The position numbers and the translations under genes are program-made. A stretch of 64,000 nucleotides of DNA from Patescibacteria group bacterium. Lineage in GTDB: Bacteria; Patescibacteriota; Microgenomatia; UBA12405. How positions within the stretch are numbered: position 1 is the stretch's first letter; every line of letters begins with the position of its first letter. The stretch spans positions 39,841-103,840 of the forward strand of contig JAMCSD010000006.1 in the NCBI GenBank assembly GCA_023380755.1. The letters run 5' to 3'. The notes beneath the pieces are model-generated. The model saw only the letters and a program-made list of their open reading frames with translations. It was not told where the DNA came from and ran no database searches. Shown here one piece after another: positions 1 to 7,137 of the stretch.

Positions 1-279
1 TAAATCAATGTGCAGCAAATTTCCTTCCAGGGGGTCATATTGGGGATTCTTAAATAGGATCGGCCACGTTTCTCCGTCCAGCATCAAATCTACCAAGGCT
101 GATTCGCCGGAAGCGGCAAATACTTTTTCTGTTTCTTTGGCTGGTAATTGCACCGATAGGGAAGTCATTCCCTTGCCATAAATACTCGCCGGGACCAATC
201 CTTCCTTTCGTAATTGGCGGACCTTTTTTCCGGTAATTGTACGCTTTTCAGCTTTTAAGCTTTCTCTTTTGTGAACCAT
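1..279 (-). CDS. rplY: 50S ribosomal protein bL25/CTC, N-terminal part (runs off window edge)
   Basis: Manual translation from ATG at 279: MVHKRESLKAEKRTITGKKVRQLRKEGLVPASIYGKG...QYDPLEGNLLHIDL. Shows the L25 motifs LRxxGxVPAxIYG and HIDx. Not in the ORF track. Confidence 0.92.
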   Translation of the reverse strand, partial: MVHKRESLKAEKRTITGKKVRQLRKEGLVPASIYGKGMTSLSVQLPAKETEKVFAASGESALVDLMLDGETWPILFKNPQYDPLEGNLLHIDL

Positions 280-393
280 AACTTTTCCTTCGGGCCGTTA
301 CGCCCTCGGGTTGCCGTAACTCTAGTGTAGGCACCCTCAATGAGTAAACTCAAGTATCCTACCACACAAATTTTATCCCGACAATAGCCACTA

Positions 394-966
394 TTATTTC
401 ACCGGAAACCGTCTGAGGATTTCATGGTGTTGGCCTTCGCTGTTTGGCTTTTTCCCGTACAGTGCCACCTCATTGATCTCGAAATTCCATCTCACTTCTC
501 CTAACGCTTTCGTTAATTCTGGCCGCTTTTCCAGAAACTCGGTTCTGGCCTCTAATGTCCGAATCCGCCCCACGGTTAAGTGAGGGTGGAAAGGCAGGTT
601 TCTTTCTTCCGTATAATATGTCCCCAGGCCTTTAACTAATTGTGCGTTAAAACTAAGAAGTTGTGGCGGATATTGTACATCTAAAAATAACACCCGCGCC
701 TCTTGCCCTCCAAATGTGTCCGCCCCGCCCACGGTCACTGTCACCGTTCGCAATATGGGTGCCGCTTCCGCAATTATCTTCATTATTTCCGGGATCTTTT
801 CATTTTCCTGTACGTCCAAATAATATCCGGTAATATGTGGCGTTTTCGGGTACACTGTTTCCACTTTTGGGGTGATCAGCTTCACTCGCTCTACTAAGTC
901 CTCAAATGCCGCTTGGAATTCTTCTGGCAGGGGAATCCCCACAAAACATGACGTATATTTTTCCAT
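394..966 (-). CDS. thpR: RNA 2',3'-cyclic phosphodiesterase (2H phosphoesterase, LigT/ThpR family)
   Basis: Two HxT motifs (PHITG, PHLTVGR), N-terminal FVGIPLP, 190 aa. Confidence 0.85.
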   Translation of the reverse strand: MEKYTSCFVGIPLPEEFQAAFEDLVERVKLITPKVETVYPKTPHITGYYLDVQENEKIPEIMKIIAEAAPILRTVTVTVGGADTFGGQEARVLFLDVQYPPQLLSFNAQLVKGLGTYYTEERNLPFHPHLTVGRIRTLEARTEFLEKRPELTKALGEVRWNFEINEVALYGKKPNSEGQHHEILRRFPVK

Positions 967-1101
967 TTTCCTATTTTAATCCTAAATATAATCAATTCCC
1001 ATTGACCCCCGTTTTCTCTTTCAGTAAAATTAATAGAAGTCCGCTATGAGATCAGAACCTTAACACAGAGATCCGGTATTTGTCCGCAGGGGGTAATCAC
1101 C

Positions 1102-1338
1102 ATGAGTCAGGCGTTCCCGGTCGCTGCTTATCACCAACTTCACCTTAGCTTAGATCAGGAGTTACAAATAACTGAAAAATATACTCTCGCTCTCGCCGCT
1201 GTTGACGATTTTCTTGATTCTGCTGGTGTGGCCACTGCCCTTGATGAGCTGGCCGCCACTCCCGGTGGAGTCGCCGCTTTAGCCCACTTGCTCCTCCAAA
1301 TCAACCCAGAAAAACCCCTCCCCTCATCTGATGTCTAA
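1102..1338 (+). CDS. hypothetical protein
   Basis: 78-aa ATG ORF filling an intergenic gap; no motif recognised. Confidence 0.4.
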   Translation: MSQAFPVAAYHQLHLSLDQELQITEKYTLALAAVDDFLDSAGVATALDELAATPGGVAALAHLLLQINPEKPLPSSDV

Positions 1339-1459
1339 CCCACCCGCTCGGCCGTGACTGGGCTCAATCCTTTTGAGCCCAGAGTTAAAAAGAAATTTAC
1401 CTTCGAGGTCGCCTCGTTGTCCATTAATTTCTTTTTTATCTCTCTCTGTGTTAAGTCAA

Positions 1460-1523
1460 ACTTGGTAGGTGCACTAGGATTCGGACCTAGGACCCCTCCG
1501 ATGTCCATCGGAGTGCTCTAACC
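1460..1523 (-). repeat. partial copy of tRNA-Ile (D-loop to CCA) with the anticodon arm replaced by a palindromic hairpin
   Basis: 1460-1496 is identical to 1680-1716. It continues TCCGATGTCCATCGGA and then GTGCTCTAACC, which matches the tRNA D-arm. Confidence 0.9.
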
Positions 1524-1681
1524 TACGAGTTTACAAAAACCATCCTCAATAATTTTCTCAATGATTTCCCGCGATTTTAACCTTTTCAATTTATATTCTA
1601 TCTTTCTGGATGTTTTTAAATCAGAACATCTGTAATACTTACCCAATTACCACTCCAAAGAAAATAAATATAACCAATCAC
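1518..1681 (-). pseudogene. internally deleted, frameshifted small GIY-YIG nuclease
   Basis: GTG at 1681 gives (M)IGYIYFLWSG. A shifted frame gives LGKYY|RCSDLKTSRKIEYKLKRLKSREIIEKIIEDGFCKLVG*. The GxY start, KYY and the C-terminal ExxLK helix remain; the central IGxT...RxxxH part is missing. Confidence 0.65.
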
Positions 1682-1682
1682 T

Positions 1683-1759
1683 TGGTAGGTGCACTAGGAT
1701 TCGGACCTAGGACCCCCGACTTATAAGATCGGTGCTCTAACCAGCTGAGCTATGCACCC
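1683..1759 (-). tRNA. tRNA-Ile (anticodon TAT)
   Basis: GGGTGCA TA GCTC AGCTGGTTA GAGC A CCGAT CTTATAA GTCGG GGGTC CTAGG TCCGAAT CCTAG TGCACCT A CCA; full cloverleaf, CCA encoded. Confidence 0.92.
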
Positions 1760-1790
1760 AAGTTATTAATTATCGCCTTTGGTTTGTTTA

Positions 1791-1825
1791 AGGACCCCTC
1801 CGATGTCCATCGGAGTGCTCTAACC
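1791..1825 (-). repeat. second hairpin-substituted tRNA-Ile fragment
   Basis: AGGACCCCTCCGATGTCCATCGGAGTGCTCTAACC is identical to 1489-1523. It is followed by the palindromes TCAGCCATAGGCTGA and TCGGCCTTTGGCCGA. Confidence 0.85.
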
Positions 1826-1932
1826 TCAGCCATAGGCTGATCGGCCTTTGGCCGAAGTTTATTCCTATTACTCACGAATTATACCAATTAATCTTCAGGA
1901 TTATCGTCACCTTGCTCCGCCGTAATTGTTTG

Positions 1933-2006
1933 TAGCAGAGGCGGGGATCGAACCCGCGACCTTGGCGTTATGAATGCCACGCTCTAACCAACTGAGCTAC
2001 CCTGCC
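1933..2006 (-). tRNA. tRNA with CAT anticodon (probably elongator tRNA-Met)
   Basis: GGCAGGG TA GCTC AGTTGGTTA GAGC G TGGCA TTCATAA CGCCA AGGTC GCGGG TTCGATC CCCGC CTCTGCT A; CCA not encoded. Confidence 0.9.
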
Positions 2007-2050
2007 ATAATTTAAAAACGGTCCAATTAGACTCTAGATAGCTCCCTTGG

Positions 2051-2118
2051 ACCAACTGTGGGGTTTACCCCCATCCCGGATGGTTTTGTTTCAAAACCCA
2101 TCGGGAAGCTACCCTGCC
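2051..2118 (-). repeat. copy of the tRNA-Met 5' end interrupted by two inserted hairpins
   Basis: Minus strand reads GGCAGGGTAGCT [48-nt insert of two hairpins] CAGTTGGT; the tRNA reads GGCAGGGTAGCTCAGTTGGT. Confidence 0.75.
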
Positions 2119-2409
2119 GAAATCACGCTAATTATAACAAAATGCTTTTTACTAAAACCAACACTGATCTCCAGCTACTTAGAAATTGCCGGGCTATTGC
2201 GCCCAAAAACCGACCTATAATAATTGACTTTCACCCATTTTATTGGTAAACTCCTTCACTTTTGCCTCTAGGCCACTCTTTAACAACTCTTGTAGAGAGT
2301 TATTTCTTCAAAAAAGCAATTTGCTAATCGTTTGCCGGTTCGTCAAATTCTTTTGTGAAGTAATCGTCTCTCTACAAAAACTCACATCAGTCTCTTTGGG
2401 GGTAATAAA

Positions 2410-3135
2410 ATGGCTTTGCGAAATCTCTGTAATCCTCGGATCTCGGTCATAATTCCAACCAAGAATGAAAGCGAAAACCTTTGTCATGTCTTACCATTTA
2501 TTAATCCGGAATACGAAGTTATCATTGTTGACTGTTCCACCGACACTACCACCAAAACAGCCCGTATCTTACGACCAAACATCATCATCATTCCTCAACA
2601 AGGGCAGGGGAAAGGGTCAGCTCTCAAGCAAGGCTTTGCAGTTGCCACTGGCGACATCATCGTTATGATGGACGCTGACGGCAGTACTGCCCCGAACGAG
2701 ATCGATCTTTTTCTTCAAGCACTGCTCAATGGCGCGGACTTTGCCAAAGGCTCGCGCTATTTGGCCAAAGCTGGCTCTCAGGACTTCACCTTCTTTCGTT
2801 GGTTAGGCAACAGCCTCTTTACCTTATTGGTCAGAATCCTTTTTAATGTCAGCTTTACAGACTTGTGCTATGGTTACAATGCTTTTTGGGCTGACACCTT
2901 GCCGGTTTACAACTTTGCTGATAATTATGGTAATGGCTTCGAAATCGAAACCATTATCAACCTGCGGGCCCTTGTTGGGGGACTCTCGATTCAAGAGGTT
3001 CCCTCTTTGGAACTTTCTCGTCAACATGGTCGCAGTCATCTGCGCGCCATTCCCGACGGCCTCCGTGTCCTGAAAGTCATCCTTAACGAATATCTTCTCT
3101 CCCTGACAATGCGTCATTCATTAGCTTATTCGTGA
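2410..3135 (+). CDS. glycosyltransferase family 2 (DPM1-like)
   Basis: ISVIIPTKNE, GKGSAL, GDIIVMMDADG (DxD), GSRY, DLCYGY, GFEIETII. Confidence 0.92.
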   Translation: MALRNLCNPRISVIIPTKNESENLCHVLPFINPEYEVIIVDCSTDTTTKTARILRPNIIIIPQQGQGKGSALKQGFAVATGDIIVMMDADGSTAPNEIDLFLQALLNGADFAKGSRYLAKAGSQDFTFFRWLGNSLFTLLVRILFNVSFTDLCYGYNAFWADTLPVYNFADNYGNGFEIETIINLRALVGGLSIQEVPSLELSRQHGRSHLRAIPDGLRVLKVILNEYLLSLTMRHSLAYS

Positions 3136-3149
3136 GTTTTGGAGACGAT

Positions 3150-3192
3150 ACCGAGAAGTGTTTCTTAAAAAGACCTTCTCGGTTCGTTTTTT
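3150..3192 (+). terminator. probable intrinsic terminator
   Basis: ACCGAGAAG...CTTCTCGGT stem followed by a T-run, just after the GT2 stop. Confidence 0.5.
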
Positions 3193-3383
3193 ATGTGTCC
3201 AAGCCATTGGGCCCATAAAAGACGAAAAATAGTATAATTGGCTGTTACCGTCACCTACCCCCGTACTCTAAAAGGAGAAGTTTATAGGATCTCAAAATTC
3301 TGTCTAGCTAATCTTCACCCAAACCTTTAGAGGCCGAAAATTGCACTTTAATAAAAGTTGTCATCGTCAGTGATTATGTCATC

Positions 3384-4121
3384 ATGAAAACAGCCCTTAA
3401 GCCGGTTGTTGTTCGTGCTGACTATCTAGAGTTAAAGGAGACTCATATGACTAGCGTACAAAGACCCCCCGTCAGTAACCTTGGCGAGCCTTATCTTAGC
3501 GCCGGTGTTGCCGATGCGCGCACTGCCCGGGTGATCAGCACCAAGTTCACCACCCACGCCGAGGTCGCCGATCTTCCCGTAACCAAACTCCGTTGGCTTT
3601 TGGGCAATCTTCACGTTGACGCCCAAGAAGTGGCCCGCATCCACGAATATGCGATGAGTCATCGCAACGAGGCTCCGCCTCCCTTCGAGGCTCCGCCCCC
3701 GCCCCAAAAGCGTAAATATACCCAACGTCGCCCCCGCCCCAAGCCGATCAGTCGGGCTCAGGAATTGGTTAACCAGATTGTCGCCCTCCGTGGGGAAAAG
3801 ACCTTCATCAAGGTCAATGCCCTAATGGAACTGCGTCGCCTCCTGATGGACCTTCAGGCCGAAAAACCGGATTGGACCAAGCTTCAGTGGAAGGGGGTTG
3901 ATGTTGGCCTTCTCGTTGCCATCCGCTTGCTTATCGGGGAGCCGCTTCCCGAAGATCTCGCCCAGGCCATGCTCCCTACCGGCATGACCCACAAGGATCG
4001 CGCCAATGCCTTCCTCCTGCTGTGCACCACCAACAAGGGTTTACTTCAGCCGCCGCCGAAGGCCTCGATCAATTCGCTTCAGGAAGCCATCGTCTACCTC
4101 AACAATCATCCGGACGAATAG
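3384..4121 (+). CDS. hypothetical protein with a Pro/basic linker
   Basis: 245-aa ORF, followed by a hairpin at 4137-4172; no family recognised. Confidence 0.65.
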   Translation: MKTALKPVVVRADYLELKETHMTSVQRPPVSNLGEPYLSAGVADARTARVISTKFTTHAEVADLPVTKLRWLLGNLHVDAQEVARIHEYAMSHRNEAPPPFEAPPPPQKRKYTQRRPRPKPISRAQELVNQIVALRGEKTFIKVNALMELRRLLMDLQAEKPDWTKLQWKGVDVGLLVAIRLLIGEPLPEDLAQAMLPTGMTHKDRANAFLLLCTTNKGLLQPPPKASINSLQEAIVYLNNHPDE

Positions 4122-4213
4122 TTCCCGGAACTCCTTGCCGAAGCAGACATTTTGTCTGGTGTCTGCTTCGGCGTACCTTTGAGTAGTAGGCTCTACTATT
4201 GAAAGGTAATAAA

Positions 4214-4237
4214 AATCCCCCGCAACGGCGGGGGATT
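4214..4237. terminator. GC-rich hairpin, likely terminator for the minus-strand tRNA
   Basis: AATCCCCCGC AACG GCGGGGGATT; the A-run on its left is a U-tail on the minus strand. Confidence 0.7.
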
Positions 4238-4243
4238 ACTATG

Positions 4244-4313
4244 TTGCGGGGCCAGGAGTTGAACCTGGCCTGTGAGATTATGAGCCTCACGTGCAGCCGT
4301 ACACTACCCCGCA
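4244..4313 (-). tRNA. tRNA-Met (CAT), initiator-like
   Basis: TGCGGGG TA GTGT ACGGCT GCAC G TGAGG CTCATAA TCTCA CAGG CCAGG TTCAACT CCTGG CCCCGCA A; acceptor stem resembles tRNA-fMet (xGCGGGG/CCCCGCA). Confidence 0.8.
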
Positions 4314-4343
4314 TGTCGGTCTAAGGATGAATTTTACCACAAT

Positions 4344-4709
4344 TTAAGGTTTCCCCACAAAGAAGTTCCACCATTCCTTCCAATGGGGAAGGCTGTTTTC
4401 CTTTTCCGCTTGAGGGTAAACACTGGAAAGATCGCTTTGCTTTGGTAGCAATAACCAATAATCTTCTTTGTTCCCCAGTCCCAATAGTATTCGCCACGCC
4501 CGTTGTTGATATTCTCCGCTTTGCGCGTAAGCCACTTCCGCTTGCAATCTGGCCTTCTCCTTTTCCAGCTGGTCTAGCTCAGCCCCCTGCTGGCTGACGA
4601 TGTTCTGAACCCGAAATAAGGTTAGTATCTGGTTGGCACTATTGCTGACATTCGCTATAATAACAAAAATCAAAAAAATAAAGAGAAGCCATTGTTCCAC
4701 TGATTTCAT
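4344..4709 (-). CDS. septum formation initiator family protein (FtsB/DivIC-like)
   Basis: N-terminal TM helix, coiled coil (LDQLEKEKARLQAEV), then a Y...R..LGL...E motif. Confidence 0.65.
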   Translation of the reverse strand: MKSVEQWLLFIFLIFVIIANVSNSANQILTLFRVQNIVSQQGAELDQLEKEKARLQAEVAYAQSGEYQQRAWRILLGLGNKEDYWLLLPKQSDLSSVYPQAEKENSLPHWKEWWNFFVGKP

Positions 4710-4787
4710 GGCCTGCTCCTTGGAAAGTTGAAAAATATCCTACTTTGTGCTATTATAAGACTCATTAGAACTTACTAATTGTTTAAT

Positions 4788-5657
4788 ATGGCTGATTTAA
4801 GCTTTGAATCTGCTATCAACCTCTTCGTCAAAGCCCTTCAAAAGAAGGGTAAGTCGACTAACACCATTGTAGCTTACAAAGGTGACCTAAACCAATTGGC
4901 TACCTTTTTAAACCAATCGGCCGGGGTGACGGATATTACCGCCGTCCAATCAGCTCATATCGAAGATTTTAAGAAGGATCTTTTAAAGAATAACTATACT
5001 GCTAAATCTATTTCCCGCAAGCTCAACTCCATCAAAAATTTCTTTAATTTCCTCAAAACTGAAGGTGTCATTGAAAATGATCCCTCAGCTAAAGTCGCCC
5101 ATCCTAAGTACGAAAACGAGTTACCCAAAATCTTAAAGCCGATTGAGTACCGCTCTCTGCGTGATGCCTGCCGCAACGATAGCCGGGCCACCGCCATTGT
5201 CGAACTCATGCTTCAAGCCGGGCTCCGCATCAAAGAAATTGAAAACCTCAAGATGGAAAACGTCGGCGAATCCGAAGTTACCGTCGAATCTTATGAAAGC
5301 CATCCCACCCGGATCGTTCCTCTCAATAATTCCGCCAAGACTGCTCTCAAAAAATATCTTGACGAAGGCCGCTTTCAAACTAATTCCAAGAACGTTTTCG
5401 TTACCAAAACCGGCCGCCATCTTTTAGCCCGTAATATTCGCAGTTTGCTCAACCGTTATTTCCGTAAAGCCGACATTAAAGATGTAAAGGTTAATGACCT
5501 GCGCAATACCTTTATTGTTTACCAGCTTAAGTCCGGCGTTCCCATTGATGTCGTTTCCAAGATTGTCGGCCATAAACGTATTTCCACCACCGAAAAATAC
5601 CTCGAATTAATCGATACCAAAGAGGAATCCAAAGGTATCAAGCTTAAAGAGCTATAA
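4788..5657 (+). CDS. tyrosine recombinase, XerC/XerD-like
   Basis: SAM-like N-domain (STNTIVAYKGDL, SISRKLNSIKNFF), GLRIKE, LRNTF, VGHKRISTTEKY. Confidence 0.88.
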   Translation: MADLSFESAINLFVKALQKKGKSTNTIVAYKGDLNQLATFLNQSAGVTDITAVQSAHIEDFKKDLLKNNYTAKSISRKLNSIKNFFNFLKTEGVIENDPSAKVAHPKYENELPKILKPIEYRSLRDACRNDSRATAIVELMLQAGLRIKEIENLKMENVGESEVTVESYESHPTRIVPLNNSAKTALKKYLDEGRFQTNSKNVFVTKTGRHLLARNIRSLLNRYFRKADIKDVKVNDLRNTFIVYQLKSGVPIDVVSKIVGHKRISTTEKYLELIDTKEESKGIKLKEL

Positions 5658-5668
5658 TTGGAAAGATT

Positions 5669-5875
5669 ATGCCTTCGCCCGCCGAAACTGAACGTTCTTC
5701 CCAGGCCTTAATGGTTAAGCAGAACGAACGCCAAACCCTAACCCTGCTCAAAAAAGTTCTCCTGCTTTTAACTGGTCCCGTCGATGACGATACCTTAATC
5801 TTAAGTCCGCCCCCGCTGACCCCCACCACTTTGCCTGATTACCGCCCCCCAATTGAATTACCTCACGAGAATTAG
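5669..5875 (+). CDS. small hypothetical protein
   Basis: ATG ORF directly after the recombinase gene, abutting a convergent gene. Confidence 0.3.
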   Translation: MPSPAETERSSQALMVKQNERQTLTLLKKVLLLLTGPVDDDTLILSPPPLTPTTLPDYRPPIELPHEN

Positions 5876-5877
5876 AC

Positions 5878-6546
5878 CTACCTTTCCCGAATCCGATTCC
5901 TGCCCCACAATGCCCGCTCAATTGCCTTGATTAAGTTCAGCATTAATAAGGCCGCAATAATGCCTCCCAGCACATCCGTCAGCGTCCAGGTCTCCACCGC
6001 GGTCAACCGCCAGCTCGGATTGCCGGTCGCCAGGATCAGGAGGTTCATCAAAATTAGGCCGATTCTGATTTCTGTCCCCCCATATCTTTCAATGGCCAGT
6101 TCAAACACTCCGGTCACGCTGGCTTTAAGATACGAGTGGATCATCAAGAGGAGGAACAGCACCAGTACCCACACCCAAGTTGACTGGTTGGTAATATCCG
6201 AAAAATTAATTCCAAAAACTATAATCACCACCGAAATGGCATCCAGTATATGATCCAGGTAATGCCCATACAATGGCCGGTTTTCTCCTCGTAGTCGGGC
6301 CGTTCGTCCGTCCAGGCTGTCTCCAAACCAATGTATGAATATCCCCACTCCGGCGACCGTCAGCCACCATAAGCTTTGCCCGGCTAAAATGTACGCCAGA
6401 CTGGCCAAAATCGCCCCGCATAGGGCTAAAAACGATAATTGGTCGGCCGTTACCGATTGATAAAGTTTGGCTGCCAGAATATCCAGGATCTTTTTTTCTA
6501 TTCGATACGTAATCGCCTGATGTTTTCGGACCAATTCCGCTGCCAC
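5878..6546 (-). CDS. CDP-alcohol phosphatidyltransferase family protein
   Basis: Signature DSLDGRTAR...GHYLDHILD; multiple TM helices. Confidence 0.92.
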   Translation of the reverse strand: MAAELVRKHQAITYRIEKKILDILAAKLYQSVTADQLSFLALCGAILASLAYILAGQSLWWLTVAGVGIFIHWFGDSLDGRTARLRGENRPLYGHYLDHILDAISVVIIVFGINFSDITNQSTWVWVLVLFLLLMIHSYLKASVTGVFELAIERYGGTEIRIGLILMNLLILATGNPSWRLTAVETWTLTDVLGGIIAALLMLNLIKAIERALWGRNRIRER

Positions 6547-6552
6547 GCTTTA

Positions 6553-7137
6553 TTATAGCCCCGGCTTACTGGGGTTATAAGTTTTGGTTATGTTCAAAAC
6601 TCCTTCCCAGCTTTCAACAGCAAACCCCCGGCTGACAAAATTCCGCACGAACCGGCTTTGTGCCGCCTGGTTGGTCGTCACCCGTCTTTGGGCGGCTACC
6701 CCTTGCTGGTCCGCATACAGCTGGCACAAAGCATCTTCGTAAGGTCCGACAATTCCCGATAAGTTGCGGATAGCCGGTTTCCCTTTTACCCCAGCCGAGG
6801 CGTTAAAGTATACCCCGGCAATCACCGCCTCTTTTCCTTTGGTCTCCGCCGGCATCACCAATCCCAGCCGGCACTCGCTGTCCACCACTTCCTGCCCGGC
6901 CCCATCGACCACCACCACATCGGTCAATAAATAACCTTCGGTATTCTTGTTCCTTATTTGTAGGTGATAAGGGCTGCCATGAAGCGGTTCCGGCCTCAAA
7001 TCCTGTATTTTCCCATCCTGAAAAATCTCGGGGTTAATCTCCGCTTTCTTTTGTTGGCCCGAATTTAGGTAATCACTGCTAATTAGGGGTTCAATTGGCT
7101 TAAAACTAGCGGTCGGTTGTGGTTCTTGGTTAATCAT
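6553..7137 (-). CDS. hypothetical protein
   Basis: 194-aa ORF packed tightly into the minus-strand run. Confidence 0.6.
   Translation of the reverse strand: MINQEPQPTASFKPIEPLISSDYLNSGQQKKAEINPEIFQDGKIQDLRPEPLHGSPYHLQIRNKNTEGYLLTDVVVVDGAGQEVVDSECRLGLVMPAETKGKEAVIAGVYFNASAGVKGKPAIRNLSGIVGPYEDALCQLYADQQGVAAQRRVTTNQAAQSRFVRNFVSRGFAVESWEGVLNITKTYNPSKPGL

Noticed and set aside
1460..1856. Repeated 35-60 bp units as a CRISPR array
   Set aside because: The units are tRNA-Ile fragments with irregular spacing; there are no equal-length spacers and no cas genes in the window.
2058..2452. Short ORFs 2058-2249 and 2243-2452
   Set aside because: They overlap the tRNA promoter/hairpin region, have non-ATG starts and show no protein-like features.
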